A DNA stretch of 32,000 bases from Candidatus Saccharimonadota bacterium. Lineage in GTDB: Bacteria; Bacteroidota; Bacteroidia; Flavobacteriales; Blattabacteriaceae. Each line of letters begins with the position of its first letter. Position 1 is the stretch's first letter. This document shows, in pieces, positions 25,405-32,000 of the stretch. Location of the stretch: positions 210,001-242,000 of the forward strand of contig NZ_CP059216.1 in assembly GCF_014252315.1 (NCBI RefSeq), read 5' to 3'. Under the pieces are notes generated by a model that was given only the letters and a program-made list of their open reading frames with translations, did no database searches and was not told the origin of the DNA. The translations under genes and the position numbers were made by a program.

Positions 25405-26316
25405 ATGGATTCTAAAAAATATCATATTCCAGTTTTATTAAAAGAGACTATAAAATATCTCATCACAGATATAAATGGAATTTATATAGATGCTACTTTT
25501 GGATTAGGAGGTCATTCTTCCGCTATTTTAAATAAATTAAGTAAAAATGCAACTTTAATTGCTTTTGATCAGGATAAGAAATCTATTGAAAAAAACTTAA
25601 TCAAAGATAAACGTTTTTATTTATTTCATAATAATTTTGTTTATATAAAAAAATTTTTATCTAATAATAAATTATTAGGAAAAATATCTGGAATATTAGT
25701 AGACTTAGGGTTATCATATTTCCAAATTAAAGATTATAAAAGAGGATTTTCTAATCAAATACATTGTACTTTAGATATGAGAATGAATCAGGAATCTTGT
25801 TATTCTGCTCAAAATGTAATTAACGATTTATCAGAAGATAAATTAATTTATATATTACGTGAATATGGAGATTTTAAAAATGCAAAAAAAATTGCAAAAA
25901 AAATATTACAATATCGTAATAGAAAAAAAATTTTAACTAGCTCAGATTTAAAAAATATTTTTTTTATATCAGGATCATTTAAACGTAGAAAAAATTTTTT
26001 TTCAAGATTATTCCAATCTATACGTATAGAAGTAAATGATGAAATTAATTTATTAAAAAAATTTCTTTTTCAATTAAATGAAATACTTATGTTAGGTGGA
26101 AGAATAGTTATTTTAAGTTATCATTCTGTTGAAGATAGATTAATAAAAAATTTTTTAAAAAAAAGATTATCATCTATGATAAATTATAATAATAATTATG
26201 ATTTATTTTCATTTAAAATGATTAATAAAAAAGTGATAAAACCTACTATTAAAGAAATTAATAAAAATCCTAGATCCAGAAGCGCTAAATTGAGAATTGG
26301 AGAAAAAATATTATAA
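25405..26316 (+). CDS. rsmH: 16S rRNA (cytosine1402-N4)-methyltransferase RsmH/MraW
   Basis: 303 aa. Motifs: HIPVLLKE, DATFGLGGHS, DLGLSYFQ, SYHSVEDR and NPRSRSAKLR. Confidence 0.93.
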   Translation: MDSKKYHIPVLLKETIKYLITDINGIYIDATFGLGGHSSAILNKLSKNATLIAFDQDKKSIEKNLIKDKRFYLFHNNFVYIKKFLSNNKLLGKISGILVDLGLSYFQIKDYKRGFSNQIHCTLDMRMNQESCYSAQNVINDLSEDKLIYILREYGDFKNAKKIAKKILQYRNRKKILTSSDLKNIFFISGSFKRRKNFFSRLFQSIRIEVNDEINLLKKFLFQLNEILMLGGRIVILSYHSVEDRLIKNFLKKRLSSMINYNNNYDLFSFKMINKKVIKPTIKEINKNPRSRSAKLRIGEKIL

Positions 26317-26402
26317 TATTTTAATATTTTTAACGTTAATCATTATTAATTATAAAATTACATATATAAATTTCTAAATTAATTAAAAAAATATATTGAT
26401 AA

Positions 26403-26609
26403 ATGGATATAAATGAATATCAAAGAAAAAGACATATAATATTATATAGATCTTATTTAATTAGTGTTTTATTTATAATTATAGCAATGTTTATTACATA
26501 TAATTTATTTAAAATTCAAAATAATCCTGATAAATATAAAAAGTTTATAATAAAAAGAACAAAAAAATTTAAACTTAATTCAATTACAAAACAAATTAAA
26601 AAATATTAA
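26403..26609 (+). CDS. Small single-pass membrane protein in the ftsL/ftsI slot; possibly the N-terminal membrane-anchor relic of FtsI (PBP3)
   Basis: 68 aa. A basic N-terminus and one TM helix (LISVLFIIIAMFITYNLF) are followed by KIQNNPDKYKKFIIKRTKKF. This resembles the L..iQ...g.kY...a..R stretch that follows the anchor in class-B PBPs. No transpeptidase domain follows, and murE starts 41 bp later. Confidence 0.35.
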   Translation: MDINEYQRKRHIILYRSYLISVLFIIIAMFITYNLFKIQNNPDKYKKFIIKRTKKFKLNSITKQIKKY

Positions 26610-26650
26610 ATTAATATGTTTATTATTTTAAGTTTGAAATATTAGCTTTA

Positions 26651-28135
26651 ATGACAATAACACTAGAAAATATTATAAAAAGATTAATAATATTAGAGAT
26701 ATTAGGATGTAATTATATATGTAATAAAATTATAAAAAAAATAACAATAAATTCTAAACTTGTAAAAAATAATACAATATTTATTGCAAAAAAAGGAAAA
26801 AATATAGATGGACATTTTTTTATAGAAGAAGCTATAAATAATGGAGCTAATGTTATTGTATGTGAAAAAAAAATGTTTTACATAAAAAAAAATATCACTT
26901 ATATCATAGTTAAAAATTCTGAAGAAGCTTTAGGAATTATAGCCTCTAATTTTTATGATAATCCCACAAAAAAAATAAATCTTATAGGTATTGTAGGTAC
27001 AAATGGAAAAACTACTATATCAACAATATTACATCAGATGTTTAATAATATGGGAGAAAAAAATATTCTTATTTCTACAATAGGTATTAAAATTTTATCT
27101 AATAAATATAAAAGTAAAAATACAACACCAGATATTATTGATATTAATAAATATTTAAATTTATCAATTAAAAAAGGATGTAAATATGCTTTTATGGAAG
27201 TAAGTTCACATGGAATACATCAAAAAAGAACTTTTGGACTATTATTCAAAGGAGGTATATTTACAAATATAACTCATGATCATTTAGACTATCATAAATC
27301 TTTTGATAATTATTTTTATATAAAAAAAAAATTTTTTGATAATTTACCTGAAAATTCTTTTTCTCTTATTAATAGAGATGATAAAAATTGTTTTAACATA
27401 GTAAAAAATACTTCTAGTAAAGTTTATTTTTATGGATTATATAAAAAATCAGATTTTAAAGCAAAAATATTAAATAATTCTTTTACAAAAAATCAATTTT
27501 TTATTAATGGAAATAAAATTACTATTAATTTAATTGGAAAATTTAATGTTTATAATATATTAGCTAGTTACGCTACATCTATTTTATTAGGTAAAAAAAA
27601 ACAATATATATTAAAAAAATTAAATAATTATTCCTTTTATGTAAAGGGAAGATTTGAACAATTTATTTCTTATTCAGGAATAAGAGTTATAGTTGATTAT
27701 GCTCATAATCCAAATGGATTAAAATTTATTTTAGAGACCATTAAAGAAATAATAGGAGAAAACAAAATTAATTTAATATGTGTTATTGGATGTGGAGGTA
27801 ATAGAGATAGAAAAAAACGTTCTATAATGGGAAAAATTGTTTATGAAACATGTAATATTTCTATTTTTACTTCAGATAATCCAAGAAATGAAGATCCTAA
27901 AAAAATATTAATGGAAATGAAAAATTTTAATTCAGAACTTATTAATAAAAAACCTATTATTACATTTATAAATAGAAAAAAAGCTATTGAGTATGCTATC
28001 TCTATAGCAAAGAAAAATGATATTATTTTGATAGCAGGAAAAGGTCATGAAAATTATCAAGAAATAATGGGAAAATTATATTCCTTTAATGATATGAAAA
28101 TTGCTAAATATTTTTTATCAAAAAAATATGATTAG
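26651..28135 (+). CDS. murE: UDP-N-acetylmuramoyl-L-alanyl-D-glutamate--2,6-diaminopimelate ligase
   Basis: 494 aa. Motifs: GIVGTNGKTT, EVSSHG, the DNPRNEDP motif (meso-DAP-type MurE) and AGKGHE. Confidence 0.92.
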   Translation: MTITLENIIKRLIILEILGCNYICNKIIKKITINSKLVKNNTIFIAKKGKNIDGHFFIEEAINNGANVIVCEKKMFYIKKNITYIIVKNSEEALGIIASNFYDNPTKKINLIGIVGTNGKTTISTILHQMFNNMGEKNILISTIGIKILSNKYKSKNTTPDIIDINKYLNLSIKKGCKYAFMEVSSHGIHQKRTFGLLFKGGIFTNITHDHLDYHKSFDNYFYIKKKFFDNLPENSFSLINRDDKNCFNIVKNTSSKVYFYGLYKKSDFKAKILNNSFTKNQFFINGNKITINLIGKFNVYNILASYATSILLGKKKQYILKKLNNYSFYVKGRFEQFISYSGIRVIVDYAHNPNGLKFILETIKEIIGENKINLICVIGCGGNRDRKKRSIMGKIVYETCNISIFTSDNPRNEDPKKILMEMKNFNSELINKKPIITFINRKKAIEYAISIAKKNDIILIAGKGHENYQEIMGKLYSFNDMKIAKYFLSKKYD

Positions 28136-29282
28136 TTATTATCCTATTTTTTTTAGATCTTTATTTACTTTATTTATATCTTTTTTTATTTCTTTATTTT
28201 TATTCAAAAAGATTATAATTTGGAATAAAAATAAAAATAATATAACAGAAAATATAAGAAAATTAGGAATTAAAGGAGAAAATAAAAAAATAGGTATTCC
28301 TACAATGGGAGGAATAATTTTTGTTATTAGTATAATAACATCTACTATATTATTTTCTTCTATAAATAATTTTTATATACTAATATTAATTATTATTACT
28401 ATATATATAGGTATAATAGGATTTATAGATGATTATATTAAAATAAATTATAATAAAAAAGGAATTAGTCCAATTATAAAAATAATAAGTCAAATAATTA
28501 TAGGTATTTTTTTAGGTATTAGTATATATTTTAATACAACAAACAATGAATTAAAAAAATTCAATTCAAATTATTATTTATTTTATAATAAAGGAATTAA
28601 TACTAATATACCTAAATTTTTATTAAAAATTATAAAAAAAAAAGAATTCAATTATTCTTTTTTTTTTCTTTGGAGTAAAAAAAATAAATATAATTATACT
28701 TATATTACATTTATTATTATTGTTATTATAACAATGATATTTTTATCTAATGGATCAAATATTACTGATGGAATAGATGGATTGACGTGTGGATCCTCTT
28801 TAATTATAATGTTTAATTTTCTTATTTTTTCTATAATATCTAGTGATAAATATTATTCTAACAAATTTAATTTTATATATATTCCATATATAAAAGAAAC
28901 TATAATTTTTATTTGTTCTACTATCGGAACTTTATTAAGTTTTCTTTGGTATAACATTTATCCAGCAAAAATATTTATGGGAGATACTGGTAGTCTTACA
29001 ATAGGAGGAATAATTTCTGCATTATTTTTTATAAACAAAGTAGAATGCACAATTCCTATTTTATGTGGAATTTTTTTTATAGAAAATATTTCTGTAATTA
29101 TTCAATTATTATATTTTATATATACTAAAAAAAAATATGGATTGAAAAAAAAATTTTTTTTAATGGCACCTATACATCATCATTTTCAAAAATTAGGATA
29201 TCACGAAAATACAATTTGTATTCGTTTTATTATTATACAAATAATATTATCAATTTTATCATTTATATTATTAATTTCATGA
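28101..29282 (+). CDS. mraY: Phospho-N-acetylmuramoyl-pentapeptide transferase
   Basis: 393 aa. Motifs: GIPTMGGIIF, GFIDDYIK, NITDGIDGL, MGDTGSL and APIHHHF. An alternative start at 28128 (MISYY) would cut the murE overlap from 35 to 8 nt. Confidence 0.92.
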   Translation: MLNIFYQKNMISYYPIFFRSLFTLFISFFISLFLFKKIIIWNKNKNNITENIRKLGIKGENKKIGIPTMGGIIFVISIITSTILFSSINNFYILILIIITIYIGIIGFIDDYIKINYNKKGISPIIKIISQIIIGIFLGISIYFNTTNNELKKFNSNYYLFYNKGINTNIPKFLLKIIKKKEFNYSFFFLWSKKNKYNYTYITFIIIVIITMIFLSNGSNITDGIDGLTCGSSLIIMFNFLIFSIISSDKYYSNKFNFIYIPYIKETIIFICSTIGTLLSFLWYNIYPAKIFMGDTGSLTIGGIISALFFINKVECTIPILCGIFFIENISVIIQLLYFIYTKKKYGLKKKFFLMAPIHHHFQKLGYHENTICIRFIIIQIILSILSFILLIS

Positions 29283-30664
29283 AAAAAAAACTAATAGTAA
29301 TATTAGGAGGAGGAGAAAGTGGAATTGGTGCAGCTTTACTAGCTAAAAAAAATGGATTAGAAATATTTGTATCTGATTCTGGTAAAATTTCATGTAAAAA
29401 TAAAAAAATATTAAAAAAATATGATATTCCTTTTGAAGAAAATGGACATACAGAAAGTTTTATTATAAACAAATCTTATAAAATTATAAAAAGTCCTGGT
29501 ATTTCTAAACAAAATAATTTAATAAAAAAAATATATTTAATGGGTATTCCAATATTATCCGAATTAGAATTTGGAAAATATTATATTGATAATAATTCTT
29601 ATATAATAGGAATTACTGGAAGTAATGGAAAAACTACAACAAGCTCTATCATATATAATATTTTAAAAAAAAGTAACAAATTTAATGTAGGGTTAGCAGG
29701 AAATATTGGAGTTAGTTTTTCTAAAGAAGTTTTAAAAAAAAGAGATTTATATGTATTAGAAATAAGTAGTTTTCAAATAGATGATTCTTCTAATTTTCAT
29801 ATTAATATTGCAATTTTGTTGAATATTACAAGAGATCATTTAGATATATATAATAATATGGAAAATTATATTTATTCTAAATTTAGAATAACTTGTTTTC
29901 AAAATAAAAATGATTTTTTTATTTATAATTATGACGATCCAATAATAAGATTAGAATTAAATAAACATAATTTTTTACCTAAATGCATTCCTTTTTCTGC
30001 AAAAAAAAAATTAAGTTATGGATTTTATTTAGATAAAAATTATAATCTTTGTTATAAAGAAAAAAAACATTATAATACATATTATAAAATTAGGGATATT
30101 TATTTATTTAATAACAATATATATAATATTATGGCTGCATTAATTGTATCTAAAATATTAGATGTTGACAACCGAATAGTTAATTCTGTTCTTAAAATTC
30201 CTCAAACAATAGAACATAGAATGGAAAAAATTCCATATGTTATTAATGGGGTTAAATTTATTAATGATTCTAAATCTACTAATATAGGATCAGTATTTTT
30301 TGCATTAAAAAATACTAATAATCCTATTATATGGATAGCAGGAGGAATTGATAAAGGAAATAATTATGAAGAAATTATTTCTGTTGTAAAAAAAAAAGTT
30401 AAAGCTATAATTTGCTTAGGAGTAAATAATTTAAAAATTTATTGTTTTTTTAAAAATATTGTTCCTATTATAATTAAAACAAATAATATGAAAAAAGCAG
30501 TTTATATTTCTTATAAATTATCAAATCCAGGTGATAATATATTATTATCTCCTGCTTGTTCTAGTTTTGATCTTTTTAAAAATTATGTGGAAAGAGGAAA
30601 CAAATTTAAAGAAGAAATAAAAAATCTTTTTTATTCTAAAAAAAATGAAAAAAATAGATATTAA
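29279..30664 (+). CDS. murD: UDP-N-acetylmuramoylalanine--D-glutamate ligase
   Basis: I chose the ATG at 29279, an ATGA overlap with the mraY stop, rather than the track start 29216. This puts the Rossmann-like ILGGGESGIGAA at the N-terminus. Other motifs: GITGSNGKTT, the ND-S-KSTN region (INDSKSTN) and SPACSSFD. Confidence 0.9.
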   Translation: MKKKLIVILGGGESGIGAALLAKKNGLEIFVSDSGKISCKNKKILKKYDIPFEENGHTESFIINKSYKIIKSPGISKQNNLIKKIYLMGIPILSELEFGKYYIDNNSYIIGITGSNGKTTTSSIIYNILKKSNKFNVGLAGNIGVSFSKEVLKKRDLYVLEISSFQIDDSSNFHINIAILLNITRDHLDIYNNMENYIYSKFRITCFQNKNDFFIYNYDDPIIRLELNKHNFLPKCIPFSAKKKLSYGFYLDKNYNLCYKEKKHYNTYYKIRDIYLFNNNIYNIMAALIVSKILDVDNRIVNSVLKIPQTIEHRMEKIPYVINGVKFINDSKSTNIGSVFFALKNTNNPIIWIAGGIDKGNNYEEIISVVKKKVKAIICLGVNNLKIYCFFKNIVPIIIKTNNMKKAVYISYKLSNPGDNILLSPACSSFDLFKNYVERGNKFKEEIKNLFYSKKNEKNRY

Positions 30665-31811
30665 CAAATATATAAAAGGAGATAAACATTTATGGATTTT
30701 TATTTCTTTATTATCAATATTTTCTTTTTTTTCTGCTTATACTATAAGTAGTAGTTTAGTTATTTTTTACGAAAGAGGATTCTTTAGTATATTTTGTTTT
30801 CTTTTTAAACATTTTTTTTTATTATTTACAGGATTTATTATACTTTTTACTACTCAGTTTATAAATTATAAATTTTTCTACAAAATGTCAAAATTTTTTC
30901 TTCCAGTAGTATTACCAGTAGTATTACTTATATTATTATTTATGACAGTAATTAGAGGAGAAAAAATGATTGGAATAAATATATTTAAATTTATATATAT
31001 TCCTATTATTGATAAATCTTTTCAAATTTATAATATAGCAAGTTTATTTTTATTTATTTATTGCGCTAGATATTTAACAGATAAAAAAAACGATAAAATT
31101 GAATTAATAAATTCTTTCATTCCACTTTTATTTCCTATATTTCTAGTTATACTACTTGTATCACCTTACAGTAGATATAATGCTATTATTATTTTTATTT
31201 CAATTTTAATTTTCCTTTTTATAGGAAGATATCCTATTATTAATCTTATAGGTATGTTTTTAATTGGTATATTATTTTCAGTAATATATATACTTTTTTT
31301 TATACATTGTAATGAAAAATATAATATTGACGTTGATGAAAATATGTGGAAAAATAATATAGAAAAATTTTCTTTTGAAGAAGAAAATTATAAAATAATA
31401 AAATCAAAATTCAATAATAAAATTGTTAAAAATTCAGAAAATGATATACTAAAAAATTTTTTACCAGAATCTTATTCTGATTTTATTTATCCTATTATAA
31501 TAGAAAAATATGGATTTTTTGGTGGTATTATATTATTATTTATTTATTTACTTATTCTGTTTAGAATTATAATAATTGCAACAAAAGTACAAAATTATTT
31601 TTGTACATTATTAGTGTTTGCAGTTGGATTCCCCATTATTATTCAAGCATTATTTAATATGGGATTATCTGTAGGAATATTACCATTTACTGGACAAAAT
31701 CTACCATTAATTAGTACAGAATGTATTTCTATTTGGATAACATTTTTTAGTTTTGGAATTATATTAAGTATTAGTAGAATGATATATGAAAAATCTAAAT
31801 TAAAATTTTAA
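30645..31811 (+). CDS. ftsW: SEDS-family cell-division protein FtsW (peptidoglycan polymerase/lipid II handling)
   Basis: 388 aa and polytopic. Motifs: KGDKHLW near the N-terminus, PESYSDFIYPIIIEKYGFFGG (cf. the PE.HTDFIF..I.EE.G motif) and LPFTGQNLPLIS (cf. P.TG..LPF.SYGGS). It occupies the position between murD and murG. Confidence 0.85.
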   Translation: MKKIDINKYIKGDKHLWIFISLLSIFSFFSAYTISSSLVIFYERGFFSIFCFLFKHFFLLFTGFIILFTTQFINYKFFYKMSKFFLPVVLPVVLLILLFMTVIRGEKMIGINIFKFIYIPIIDKSFQIYNIASLFLFIYCARYLTDKKNDKIELINSFIPLLFPIFLVILLVSPYSRYNAIIIFISILIFLFIGRYPIINLIGMFLIGILFSVIYILFFIHCNEKYNIDVDENMWKNNIEKFSFEEENYKIIKSKFNNKIVKNSENDILKNFLPESYSDFIYPIIIEKYGFFGGIILLFIYLLILFRIIIIATKVQNYFCTLLVFAVGFPIIIQALFNMGLSVGILPFTGQNLPLISTECISIWITFFSFGIILSISRMIYEKSKLKF

Positions 31812-32000
31812 TGTTTCCTAAAATAATTATTGGTAGTGGAGGGACTGGAGGCCATATATTTACAGGTATAGCTATAGCAAATGAATTAAAAAAACAAATA
31901 CCAAAATCTGACATTTTATTTATAGGATCTAAAAATCATATGGAAATGAAAAAAATTCCTAAGTCAGGATATATTATAAAAGGCTTATCCTTATCAGGAG
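31811..32000 (+). CDS. murG: UDP-N-acetylglucosamine--N-acetylmuramyl-(pentapeptide) pyrophosphoryl-undecaprenol GlcNAc transferase, N-terminal fragment (runs off the window)
   Basis: Hand translation from the ATG at 31811 (TAATG overlap with the ftsW stop) gives MFPKIIIGSGGTGGHIFTGIAIANELKK..., which contains the MurG GGTGGH motif. Confidence 0.88.
   Translation, partial: MFPKIIIGSGGTGGHIFTGIAIANELKKQIPKSDILFIGSKNHMEMKKIPKSGYIIKGLSLSG

Noticed and set aside
25329-25415. 28-codon hydrophobic mini-ORF (MTYLYYITIIIILICIVYSLFKLKYYGF*) upstream of and overlapping the rsmH start
   Set aside because: I found no supporting evidence. At this base composition, hydrophobic Ile/Leu/Tyr/Phe-rich mini-ORFs arise by chance, and it would need conservation data to be believed.
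19536-29472. Other short antisense ORFs: 19536-19754, 21482-21691, 23378-23581 and 29263-29472
   Set aside because: All overlap confidently assigned genes on the opposite strand (tatC, M42 peptidase, htrA, murD), and none shows any motif.

Overview
This window is extremely AT-rich (about 80% A+T by eye), tightly packed, and consists almost entirely of housekeeping genes. Several signatures point to a reduced-genome Flavobacteriales (Bacteroidota) insect endosymbiont of the Blattabacterium/Sulcia-like kind: a fused CcoN-CcoO cbb3 oxidase subunit, a split transketolase, the Bacteroidetes-type dcw order rsmH-murE-mraY-murD-ftsW-murG, and TAnnTTTG -7 boxes. The exact taxon cannot be determined from the sequence alone. 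The genetic code is standard: TGA is used as a stop (trpE, gcvH, mraY) and Trp is encoded by TGG. Gene content, in order, is: trpE-trpG-trpD (minus strand); gcvH; a cbb3 oxidase cluster ccoI-ccoS-ccoNO-ccoQ-ccoP-fixH; maeB; murI; rpsT; tRNA-Glu; an aroA/MazG-like/split-transketolase operon; smpB; a repeat-bearing outer-membrane protein; tatC; ychF; an M42 peptidase; dapF; htrA; an LptF/G permease; and the dcw cluster through the start of murG. I see no mobile elements, CRISPR arrays, defence systems, toxin-antitoxin pairs or rRNA genes. I do not think this window holds a novel multi-gene system. The non-routine items are: (1) an OMP beta-barrel protein with an Asn-rich linker and a polycationic 25-aa x5 tandem-repeat tail; (2) a 600-bp non-coding spacer upstream of trpE that ends in a terminator-like hairpin plus U9 tract in the trpE orientation; (3) erosion of conserved clusters, with ftsL/ftsI reduced to a 68-aa relic and both mraZ and ccoG absent; and (4) a ccoQ-like small ORF missing from the ORF track.
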